Source: Lingula anatina (lineage: Eukaryota > Animalia > Brachiopoda). Taken from it: a stretch of DNA of 64,000 nt. The notes beneath the pieces were generated by a model that was not told the DNA's origin, did no database searches, and was given only the letters and a program-made list of their open reading frames with translations. Numbering within the stretch: position 1 is the stretch's first letter; every line of letters starts with the position of its first letter. The stretch lies in the NCBI GenBank assembly GCA_051362555.1, contig CM120646.1, positions 17,732,001 through 17,796,000 of the forward strand, in the 5' to 3' direction. The position numbers and the translations under genes are program-made. Below, piece by piece: positions 11,118 to 22,917 of the stretch.

Positions 11118-14100
11118 ATGTATGCTAGCAGCGAGAATTTGCCAGTGTTTGTCAGTATGGCACTGGCAGGTGCAGGCTTTTTGGTCACTTATACCATCAT
11201 TCCCGCTTTCAGAGACATGTTTTTAAAAGCCAATCGCTATGGGATTGATCAAAGCAAAAGGACCAAAGAAAAAATGTAAGCTTAAACTTCAAAGCAAACA
11301 TAATTGTGTTCCGCATTTAATACTTTAATATGATTTTTTTAAAATCATAGATAAATGTGCTGAAGTTTATGTTAAAAATAGTGCAAATAGTCAAAAAAAC
11401 ACACTTTTACATATATGGAATTGTGATATATAGACTGTATATGATGTAGTAAATATTATAATTTATATATTGCAAAACCAACTGATGTTGCATCAGTGTG
11501 CTTTATACCCCTTTCCACTCCCAAACACATACATACACATACTCCAATGCACATGTCAACTAAAGAACCATTTAAGGTAAAGAATTTTTTTCTTTTTCTT
11601 CCCAAAACCTGACCCTAATTATGAAAAAAGAAAACTGTTTCTTTTAGCATCACATATTCAACCTGCATTGCTATTGTAATATATAGTTGCCTGAAATGTA
11701 TTGTGTAAAGTGTACTACAAAGTTCTTTTGATGTAAGGTTTTGGTTTTAAATAATAATGACTATGTGCTTGTTGTATTTCAGACCAGAGTCCCAAGGAGT
11801 ACTGTGTGGTGCAGTCTACCTCATCATCATGTTTTTGTTCATCCCAGTTCCATTCTACAAATACTTGTCACATGACAACTTGGATAAGTTTCCCCATCAC
11901 GAGGTTAGTTTAAGATTTTATCAAGTTTAAGAAATATTGAAGAAAATTATTTTTTTGATAATTATTGGATCTTTTATGCTTTAGTGTTGTGTGTAGTTCA
12001 TTTCATATGTATTTTTGTGCCCCATGAAAACAAATACAATAGTTCATAAAGTATACAAGAAGCAAAATATAGATGATTATCAAAACATAAAATAATTTTA
12101 ATATTAAATAAACTATATATAAGTCTTGAGGACAGTTGGCTTTGGTTTACAACTGGAGACATTCTGAAATTTCTCAAACATACACCTTTAATTAGATAAT
12201 CTTCCTCAAATTTATTATAGAGTTCATCTGATTCCCTTTTTTGACATTCCAGTTTGTAGATTTCATCACAGCACTGCTATCCATATGCTGTATGATATTC
12301 CTGGGTTTCGCAGACGATGTCTTAGACTTGAGGTGGCGCCACAAGCTGCTACTGCCTACTATGGCAACCTTACCGCTTCTTATGGTATATTTTGTCAACA
12401 TAGATTCCACCACAATTATTGTTCCCAAGCCTCTACGGGGAGTTTTTGGACATGATGTGGATCTAGGTATTTAGTTGCATTATTTGGCCATCTTTATTGA
12501 AGTATTAGATTAATTCAGACCACATTATTTTCATATGGTGAAGAAATCGAGGCATACAGAGGTCACCACTAAGAACTAACTTGATATATAACTTAAAACA
12601 TTATCCACACAGTATTTTATGTAGATACCCTGGTCTTAATTTTCAGATTGTTTTGTAATATTATGCTGAACAATACACAGTGCATTTTAGTTGGTGTAAT
12701 CTTGCCAGCACTTACTGTTGCTTTTTATATCCAGGTATAATATATTACCTGTATATGGGGATGCTAGCTGTCTTCTGTACCAATGCTATCAACATACTGG
12801 CAGGAGTCAATGGTTTAGAATGTGGTCAGTCTCTGATCATTGCAATCTCTGTAGTGGTGTTTAATCTTTTAGAACTCAATGGTAAGTGATTTCTACAAGT
12901 GACCTTATATAGCTGGCTCAATTTTAGATGCAGAGTCGTTTTTAGTCAGATGTTTGCCGTGCTTAATTTTTAGTGAGATCAATATTTAGAAAATAAAATA
13001 ATAGTAAATTGGTGAAAAATTATAGTGAAATGCCATTTTACACTTTCTTTATCCAAATAATAGCATTTGCTTGAAGTGTCTTACTGAGTGTGTTAAAGTG
13101 AGTTTTGTGAGATAAAATCAAATTGCTATTAAATGGAAGTTATGAATTAATTCAAAAAATTCATATTCTCATTGACATTAAGAAATCCAAGGAATATAAA
13201 ATTCCTGCTTTCGTAATACTACATTTTTATGTACAGACACATTTGTTCATATAGCTGTCAGCTGTTTCAACATTGCCAACACTGTTGCCATCACTGTGCA
13301 CTTTCAGAGATAACACAACATGTAGAAAACCCTTTCACCTTATGTATTCAAACTCACAGAATTGATGAACATTTATACGTAAGATACAGGTTGAGTACAA
13401 AAATCATCTCGATTAGACAATTTAAGTTATGCTATTTTTTTACAGCATATGTTATACTATATGCAACACAGTTAACACATTTCAGGGAAAACCTTTCAGG
13501 ATCTTACAGAGATCAGTGTTACTAAATTAGGTTGCATTCAAAAATCAGCGCGTTCTGAACATTTTTATCTCTGTTTTTTTTTTTTTTTTCAGCATAAATT
13601 ATCCTATGTGCAATAAAGATAACACATTTCAAGGAAAACCAATAGGTCTATAGTCTTCAAACACACAAGAGTGATCAATATCACTAAAATACAGGTCGGG
13701 ATTGAACTTGGGATTGAATTGATTAAAAATAGGTTTGTGAATTGTTAATTTAGCCATGCAATCACCACAGTGACAATAAAATACTATTTTTAGAAATCAC
13801 AAAAAAAAAAAAAAAAGCATAATGTTCAGTTTTTTTAGCAGTTTAAATGATGTCATTTCTCCAAGTATTGGAATACTTTCACTTTCCCATTAAGTTCAGT
13901 CACAGCCAGATCCCCATCCTGGTTAATGGTACATGCCCATGGTCCATTTAGTCCGTCAGCTTCTGTTGCTTTGTACTGCTTGAAATTCCCATCTGGGGAT
14001 ACGAGGTATATGCATTGGTTATTATAATCTGTGAACGCCATGTTGTCATATGCATCAACACAAATACCAAGGGGTTGACCCAACTTGTTATCAGGTCCTG

Positions 14101-17100
14101 TGTACTGATAAAGTAGATCACCAGTTGGGGTTAGGATGAGAAGTTTGTTTTGTGATGTATCACTAACAACAAGGCATCCATTGTTCATAAATGCCACTTT
14201 ATACGGATTATTGAACAATTGTTTCCCATCTTTGTCCCGTATAACATCAGTTAAAGTTATTTTCCCTTTGGTATCAATACTGAACACACTCACAGATTTT
14301 TGGTCACCCTGTGCCACGGCAATCTTAGTACAGCTGTTATTGAGAGCCACACCCCTTGGGTTGTTGATATCTACAGTTTGCTGTACTTCCCACTGTGGTG
14401 ACAGAATGAACAATTTGTTATTGCGAGCATCAGATAGAACCATCCTTCTATCAGGGAAATGACAGATCCCTAGTGGACATTTCAGTTGTGTGCCCAAGAC
14501 AGTGGTGATCTCCTTTGTCAATGCACCATCTGAACTAAAAACCTTGACCTTCTTTTTATTGCTGCCATGTGTAGTTACATACTCCCTGGTTGGACTCACT
14601 GAAATGTCAACTGGTTTTTCACAGCCAGTGTCAAACTCCAGCAAACATTCAACCTGTGGTTTGAACTTGGGCAAAGCTGATATGTGCACATTCCCCAGGC
14701 CAGCCCCACTGGATATCTCGTGGTCCACTTCTGTGTTGGTGGTCAGTGTGAGTTTTAGCTCTTCAGGAATTTCATCCACAGCTGAAGTGGACAGTAGCTC
14801 ATCTAGTCTCTGTCCAAGTTGGTGTTGTAACATGAGGACATCTATGGGGGCACCATGCTGAAGAATGTTCTTTACTACATCTGATACGGTTTTGATAGAA
14901 GAGCAAGTGGCACTGCAATTCTCACGAGAAATTTGTAAATTCTTCCTGTAAGTGCTGCTGGTTTCATGGAGCTGCTGTAGTAATGTCTTCTCTCGCTGTT
15001 CTACCAGTTGATGAAGGTGAGATGCACGAGCTTTTATTTGCTGCTGAATAGAGCTTTCGTTTGCTTGGAGGGTTAGTAATGTTTCATCAATTTTAGCTAA
15101 GGTTTTTTCACCTATGGCAAACCTTCTCTCAGTGCTGTTAAATTTGATCTGAAGTTTTGGTTTTACAATCTCTACAGCTTTTTCAAGAGAGATAAGTGTG
15201 TGACCGTCATGGTGTAGATCCCTGCAGTCACGACAGATGGGGACATTGCATTCTGAACAGAAGTATCTTATCATCTCGTCTTTGTGCTCTGGACAGATAA
15301 TCTTTTGCTGCTCTTGGATCTCTCTTTGGTACTCACCACTGCGAAGTTGTGTAAAAGTGAGAACTCTGTGGTCTTTAGTGAGTCTGCTACCACAGTGGAG
15401 TGGGGAACACTCCTCACATAGGTAATCATGACAGGTGATGCATTTTGATGTAGCTGCAGTTTCTCTTTTGAATACCAAAGTACAAAAGCTGCACTTCTTC
15501 TTATTTGTTGACTGAAGTACAGTGTCCTGCAAGCTTTCAATGAAGAAATTATGACTGAAACCCTCAAGTCCATCTTTAGGAACTTCAGTTTCTTTCTGAC
15601 ACATGGGGCATTGGAATTTACTTCCTGGTGTTAAATCAAAAATATAAGTCTTCAAACAGCCTTTACAAAAAGTATGCCTACATGGTAAATCTGTTGGGTT
15701 TTTGTACTCCACAAGGCATAATGGGCAGCTCACAAAGTGTTCAGATGTTTTGACTCGTACGCTTTCTTCTTCATCTCTGTCATCACAAGCTGTAGCCATC
15801 TTTTTGGGCGTGGAGTGAACTGTTCTGCTGGTATATAATGTAGAGCAGTTATCTCATGTTATCAATAAACCAGTTGGGGACAATGAATCATGGATCTCTT
15901 TGTTCTTATCTTTGGTTATCAGTAACCCAGATGGCGCTCTTTTTAAGGACAGGCTAGTATTTGTTTACAAACAAATACAGGTACAAATGTATTTCAAGTG
16001 TATTATGAATCAAGCACATAATGGGATTTTAATGGTTTTGTCTTTTTATTATAACTTAATATTTTATTTCTATTACTTCTTATATATTTTTGTCAGAATG
16101 TTAACAAATAAATACAACTCATGCCGAATTATTTGCCTTCCAGGTCAATTTGCAGACACGCACACATTCTCTCTGTACTTCATGTTGCCATATATAGGTG
16201 TTTCCTCAGCTTTGCTATTTTATAATTGGTAAGTTTGTGTAAGGTAAATTCAGAAGTGATCTAGTTTTCATGCTGTGAAGTTTTACTTGTGTTATGCCAA
16301 AGTGTAATTGAAATGTTGCCTCTATTAGTAGATTATTTATTTATTAATATTAAAATTTATTTTGAGCAACAGGTGTAAAGAGCTTGATAATTTCTTTTTT
16401 ATTTGAAGACTGCATCATGTCCTCTTGATGTACATATTAAAGGAAATCAATAATTAAGTTAGATGTATACCAAAATATGTATGTTTTCAAATACTTTTTT
16501 GACGGTTTTGTATTCAGTTTGAAATTGTTGAAGCATGGCTTAAATATGTTATATGGCAAAGTATTTGTTTATATGTCTATATATTTCAAAAAAATTTATT
16601 CATTGAGGCTTTTTTATTTTTAACACTTTTATTCTAGGTATCCCTCTAAGGTATTTGTGGGAGACACATTCTGTTATTTCTCTGGGATGACATTTGCTGT
16701 CGTCGCCATACTGGGTCACTTCAGCAAAACCATGCTGCTATTTTTCATCCCACAAGTTTTAAACTTTCTCTACTCCATGCCACAGATTTTCCTTTTTGTT
16801 CCCTGTCCAAGACATAGGTTGCCAAGGTGAGTTAGATTTAAAGCATATTTACTTACTAGCTCAAAATTAAAAGATACAGGGAAAGTTTGGGTAAAATTCA
16901 CGAGAAACAAGATAAACTGATTGAACAGATTTCGCCTAACTTTTATGGATCTATTCAGGCGTAAATTGATCTCACCTCCACAGAGAACATACAACCCAAA
17001 CTGCTACATATGTGTTTGATTCAGTATTAGCAGTACTGCCATAGCCCTGATTTTGCTCCTTCCCTCATAAATCCTATCTGAGTATCGCATAGAATTAAAC

Positions 17101-18350
17101 TGTGGATTGCAAAGAATTACATTTTATCTAACAGATAGATATGCCAGTGTTATGATATGCAAGTTTGATGTATTTTTTTACGAGGACAGAGATTTAGATT
17201 TCTGGAATCGTGTAGGTAAAGCTCAATTTGTAGTTGTGATTTAAATTTGTATATTGTTGGTCAGTAAGCTAAATAATAGTTTTGTTTATACTTTTAAATA
17301 TCTTATTGTAATAAAAGATCTCTGTACATTTTTTTCTGCAATCAAGAATCGGGTATTTTTTGTTATCATTATCCATAACAGAAAAAGTTATAAAAATTTC
17401 TAAGCCCACACATATAACAGATTTGAAATTCTTATTTTCACATAATTTTGAACCAATTCTATTTCAGGTACAATGCCAGCACTGACCAAGTAGGCATGAG
17501 TCTGTCCACTTTCAAAACCAAAGAACTTCACCCTCTGGGGTCACTATTTCTGAAAACACTCAGCATATTTGGTCTGGTCCATCTGAGGTCTGGGATAGGT
17601 GAGGATGGAGAATACTCTGAATGCAATAATCTGACCATTATAAACCTGATGCTCAAGATATTTGGTCCTATGCACGAAAGGAGTTTAGTAATGTCACTGC
17701 TCAGTATACAGGTGAGTTGTGAAATTAAAGATAATGGGCAATTAAAAAAACAAGAACTTCAAGATGGTGCATTTTAATAATAGTTACAACAAGTGATGTT
17801 ATTGGTTATAAATTAAGCTGTATTTTTTTAATGATGCCGTTGTTAAGGACTCCTTTGAATGACTGGTAATGTCTTTAGAAAAAGGCAGACATGGGGAAAA
17901 CTTTGGAGGTACTGAAGGTTCAGAGGACCTGCACTACAAGAGATCTGCAGGTCCTTCTAATTCTTGGCAGGTCCCTTTGACAATATTTAGGCACAATTCA
18001 TTTTTATGTAGTGTCTCTCTAGTGTAAACCTTGCTAGTCCAGAGGACCTTTATTAACAAAAATCGTGCAGGACCAATGGCTATTCAGGCAGTCATGACCT
18101 GTCGGACCAGCAGTTTCCCCATTTCTGAAAAAGGATACAATTACCATTCATATTTGTAAAAAAAATGAAAATGAAACCAATAAATGTCTTTATTCTGTAA
18201 TATAATAGGTAACTGATTGTATGATAGAGACTTGCAAGTTGGTATGTAATATTGTTGCTTTAATTTCTTCTCGTTTTCTTTCAGATACTTTGCAGTGGTG
18301 TGGCATTTCTGATCAGGTATCCATTAGCTTGGGTGTTCTATGACATTTGA
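11118..18350 (+). CDS. DPAGT1: UDP-GlcNAc:dolichyl-phosphate GlcNAc-1-phosphotransferase (8 exons, 407 aa)
   Basis: Exons 11118-11275, 11783-11903, 12253-12466, 12735-12881, 16144-16228, 16638-16826, 17468-17711, 18285-18350, all in phase. Motifs [73 protein letters not shown]. Confidence 0.96.
13853..15799 (-). CDS. Intronless tripartite-motif E3 ligase (RING, B-box1, B-box2, coiled coil, NHL/beta-propeller; TRIM2/3/56/71-like), nested antisense in DPAGT1 intron 4
   Basis: 648-aa ORF with C3HC4 RING (CPLC...CRHTFCKGC...CPMC), two B-boxes (CSFC...CITC...; CPEH...CSEC...CRDC), a helical coiled coil and C-terminal NHL-type repeats ([29 protein letters not shown]). No filamin domain seen. Confidence 0.9.
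   Translation of the reverse strand: MATACDDRDEEESVRVKTSEHFVSCPLCLVEYKNPTDLPCRHTFCKGCLKTYIFDLTPGSKFQCPMCQKETEVPKDGLEGFSHNFFIESLQDTVLQSTNKKKCSFCTLVFKRETAATSKCITCHDYLCEECSPLHCGSRLTKDHRVLTFTQLRSGEYQREIQEQQKIICPEHKDEMIRYFCSECNVPICRDCRDLHHDGHTLISLEKAVEIVKPKLQIKFNSTERRFAIGEKTLAKIDETLLTLQANESSIQQQIKARASHLHQLVEQREKTLLQQLHETSSTYRKNLQISRENCSATCSSIKTVSDVVKNILQHGAPIDVLMLQHQLGQRLDELLSTSAVDEIPEELKLTLTTNTEVDHEISSGAGLGNVHISALPKFKPQVECLLEFDTGCEKPVDISVSPTREYVTTHGSNKKKVKVFSSDGALTKEITTVLGTQLKCPLGICHFPDRRMVLSDARNNKLFILSPQWEVQQTVDINNPRGVALNNSCTKIAVAQGDQKSVSVFSIDTKGKITLTDVIRDKDGKQLFNNPYKVAFMNNGCLVVSDTSQNKLLILTPTGDLLYQYTGPDNKLGQPLGICVDAYDNMAFTDYNNQCIYLVSPDGNFKQYKATEADGLNGPWACTINQDGDLAVTELNGKVKVFQYLEK
17886..18127. 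mobile_element. Non-autonomous TIR element (hAT/P-like MITE) in DPAGT1 intron 7
   Basis: Termini CAGACATGGGGAAAACT / AGTTTCCCCATTTCTG, flanked by AAAAAGG direct repeats, with internal repeated GGACCT/AGGTCC motifs. Confidence 0.7.
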
Positions 18351-18793
18351 ATCTTATGCTATTTCTCTTGCTACAGTTACATATTAAGAGCTTTCCATCA
18401 TTGGGAATAAATAGTTATGAAGAAGCTGGAGCTCTGTATTAATAGATGAGAAGATACTCTTTGTTAGATGGCTTCAATAAACTAGGTCAGCAGGCTATTC
18501 CACTTAGGATTGTTTTTTTATGGGTGTGCCCAGTTCTGCAGTAGTATCATTTACCAACCTGGGGAGTAATCAACCAAGACAGCTGCAATCTGCTTTTTAA
18601 GTTATTGTTATTTTATTTTTAGTCATTAATTATTATTATTGATGCTCATTGAACTGTGCTTGTTTTTTAAGCACTGACTTTCTGGTCAAATTTTGAATTG
18701 GAGAAATGTGAGGGGTTTTGGTGGATTTTGTTGAACTGGCCTCAAAATAAAACCATTGTCACCAGTTTTGTTTTGACTGCTGTATCATCTCTG

Positions 18794-18965
18794 GGCCCAG
18801 TTTCACACACAAAAAAAGCTTAAGTCAGTTCCCTGGCTTAGTTGACTACTCAGAGGGTTTCCATGAGAGTGCTGTTACACTGTTCCTGATAGGGTAAGAT
18901 GTGTGCTTGGGGCCATGTAACTATGGTAGTTAAGCTCTTAGCCAGGAAACCTGTGGAACTGGGGC
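18794..18965. mobile_element. Harbinger-like MITE downstream of the DPAGT1 stop codon
   Basis: TIRs GGCCCAGTTTCACA / TGTGGAACTGGGGC, CTG direct repeats on both sides, and subterminal inverted similarity (CCTGGCTTAG / CTTAGCCAGG). Confidence 0.7.
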
Positions 18966-21900
18966 CTGGATGAGTGTCAAGAGTCTAGGACTATCCTTTT
19001 TCCAATCAAAAAGATTACACTGTCAACTCAGTCTAAATGGTCAATACAGGGATTTATATTCTCAGTAGATATTAGTAAAATGAGAGATTTCTTGCTATAC
19101 TTGACCACATCAATTTGCTATATGTATGACACCTTTCAAACTTTTTATTGTATGGTGTAGGTGTAAGGAGTTAATCATTGTGCAAAGAGATTACTGTACT
19201 ATCTTTTGTTAACAGAATGCATCATATTATATGTGATACATATTATGAAAGAATATGATTTAACTGCATAAATGGCCTCTCCTTAGAATAAATGTCAAGT
19301 TAAGATGACATAAAATGGGAGTATGTTATTTTGCATATTCACATTATGCTTGAATACATCTTTGGTTAAAATGAAAGGGAAAAAATTCTCTATTATTTCT
19401 GTATTTTTACATTTGCCTGTGGGTAAGGATAGCAGTAAAACCATATTACAAAAGAAATTATAAAAAAATAGTACTTGATATATTAAAATGATTGAAAATA
19501 AATAATAATAAAAACAAACAAATGAGAACATTTTGACTATTTTATTGTTTCTTTAAACTCAGTCCAGTTTTTACAATTTAAAATCTACTAAGATGCCTTC
19601 CATCTTTGCTTAACTGAAATGAAAATAATCCAAGAGAGGACAGAATTATCAAATTTGAGAATTAGAGCAGTTAAGGCGACCATGATCATCAAAATAAAGC
19701 CTACAGGAACTTAAAGAGTTATATAATGAGCAAGTTCGCAAGTTTCTATTTAAAAACATCTGCTGCAATATCCCCCTCCCAGAGTCTGTTCTTTGAACCT
19801 ACCCATAGATTAACTGCCTTTATTCCATTACACGCCAAAAACATTATGTGGATATTAAAACTTTTTTCAATTATGAAATTGATTTAGCACATACAAAAAG
19901 CATGTTTACAAAACAACAGCAGGGAAAGACCAGAACTACCCATGGCCTATATTAAGGCTACTTTTAGCAACTACCCACAAAAAGTTATCTTGTCAGAAAT
20001 ATAGTCAACAGCCATCTATGAAAAATGAGCAATAACTTTATAATTATGCTGTTTCAAGCAAAATGCAGCCTTTAATTACTTGGTCTTATGCTTTTTTAAA
20101 GAAATAAGTCACCTTCCAAAAATGATATTAAAAAATTTCCATCTTTTTTGTACTGCTGTTAGATGCCAGTTTAAAAGAAATCCAATTGAATTGATACGAG
20201 TCACTACAAGAAAAAAAAGCTTTAAAAAATATTAGATTACAAACCATTATCTATCATTACAGATTGCATGGCAACAAACAGCAGATCAGCCAGGTGTTAC
20301 GATATTATATAACCGAAACTGAAACTCTTTATAAACTGACTGTATATAGTGTCTGATAAATTCTGCAAGAATTCCATCCTGTTAAAGCCCAAATTAACCT
20401 TATTGCACGACTAATTGATCTGATTAAATGTTTGAACAACAGGATGCTGTAAATACAAAATAACCATCAACAAGAACAACCTTTATATACAGCATACGTA
20501 AATAGCTACAAAAATATCTCTACAACAAGCAAGGGGTCATCTTATACTAAAATGCACTTCATTTCATTTTCAAATAAATAATTTAAATTAGTTGGAACAG
20601 CTTGAAGGTTCTAGAAATTGGATTAAAACAAAGGACAGGTCATTGGTTGATTCCATGAGTCATTATAATTGTAAATTCTGTAATGACATTTTTTTTCTTT
20701 GAGATAGCCTCAGCCAAATCAACAGAACATCTACAGTGGCAATATTATCTACAAATTAAATGAACTAAAATACATTCACAGCCCAGAGTTGTACATAACT
20801 GCTGCAGTACTACTTTTCAAAGAAAATGAAAAACCTATTCATTTTATGTTACACTATGCCTTTTAATTACAGAGAGCCAAAAAAATGTCTCACCCGATTG
20901 TTCTGAGATCTGAGAAATACGGTATTGCTTGCAGCACCAATAAAAACATGCAAGATTATATCTATCTATCTACTGCTCTGGTAAAACAATCCAAGAGTAA
21001 ATGTTAAATGACGCAACTTTCAAAGAGATGGAGTTTCTTAAAATTGACGTACAGACATTAGAAGCTTCTAAAGGAGCTGTTGAAATTACTTGAACACTTA
21101 GAAGCACATTTTTGTCACATCTAGCACACTGACACATACAAGCACTGGTGGCACATTCAAGAGTCCTCTTTTACTTGAGATCACATCTAACGCAATCTTA
21201 CAATTTGGCATTGCACAACACGATCATAGTTTTACATAAAGATTTCAAATCACACAAAAAGTTTTTAACAAATGAAATTTGTTCATAATTATGAGCCTCA
21301 GGTTAACTAATCCATTCACATTTTTTTTTCTCCTGCATGTGTACTCTTATACTGTATTCATCTTTATTTTGCAATAAGTTATTTTCTTTCTTTGAGATAA
21401 ATAACCTATTGTAATTGCACAATTCAAAGCAAGGCCTTAACAGCCTTTATAAACTACAAAAAAGAAAAAAAATAACTTACACTCTCAAAGAAAATTGAGT
21501 CACTCCTTATGAATGCATATTAAAGATCTAGAGGAAAGGGGAAATATTGTTCATGAATAAAGTGCACAAACACCACACTAGCAAACTGTGCTCTAAAACA
21601 CACCCGAAACATCTTCAAATAAATATATCATCTAAAAGACAATAAATATTTCCTATGTGCATTCCTTACAATTTTGTTATGAAACCATGATTTTTTTCAA
21701 AGGTCAATTGATCAAATAGTTTTGTAAAACAAATATCAAATAAATTATTAAGCAAAGATAATTTCATAAGTTCAACTTTTTTTACATTATTTTAAAAACA
21801 ATATGAAAAACCTTGGAACTGATGTAATTTCTAAAAGTTCCAGACAGCTGGCACCAACAGATTTGCTTGGCAATGTGTCCATGTATGTTGCATCAATCTA

Positions 21901-22917
21901 GGGACGGGAGTTCATGTAGGCGGCACCAACTTAGGAAATTGAGCAAAGCTGCAAACACAAGACCAAAGCAGCTTACCAATTATAGTACTAGTACTCCTAT
22001 ACATCACACACCCCAAGACTAAACTGAATATTTATACAGACACCAATGCTAAAAATGCTGTTTAAACTACAAGCAAATTTTCCTGTTTTTCACACCCTGC
22101 TCAAAACTGGTACGGTTTTCTTTACCCTGTACCTATCTAGATTCAACTGATCTTTTGTGCTTTGAAAAAACATTTGATAATAAGAGCTCCACTATCAGCT
22201 GCCTTTTAAACAAAACTAATAACCTTCTTTTAAAGACATCACACCAAGTTGTGCTATCTATAAATTAAACCGCCTGCTAAAAAAAACGATGTACTTTCTT
22301 AAATAATTGACTAAACAAACAGATAAAATCCATCAAGGTTTCTGTTTTTACATCTTCCAACCACAGTTTCCTGTAAATTCATCACCATGCATTATATATT
22401 ATATATGATGAATAATATCACATAATATATATAATATATATATTGTAGATATTCATCACCATATCTAATATCAATGTGATTTTCATTACAATTCTTGACT
22501 GAATCAAGAGCTTGTAAGACTCCATTAAAAGACCAGATACAAGGCAAAGAGAGACTCTCTATAACCTTGACATTTCCACTTCCTTGGTGGCAGCGGTGGG
22601 CTGATTGTCCATTTACCCATCTTTAAGTTTAACTTCCCCAAACATCAAACATTATGCTTATATTCCTGCACCTTTTACTGAGCAACTCATCTCTTTGTTA
22701 TATGAAAGTTGTTTCCACTTATGTTTTCCATAAATTGCATGCAACACCTTTTTATCTTTTCTTCCTGGCCTGAGAATCTACACACAGACATATGTGATTG
22801 TCCTACTTGTTTCCACCTAAGAAGTGCTACTAAAACATCAGAACATATTCACACTGTGCATTTTCTTCCTCAGAGTAAGTTTTAAATGTCTTTGGCTGTT
22901 ATCGTGGGCGATATTTG

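Noticed and set aside
14136-15573. Several 60-120 aa ORFs overlapping the TRIM gene
   Set aside because: Antisense or alternative-frame shadows of a real CDS.
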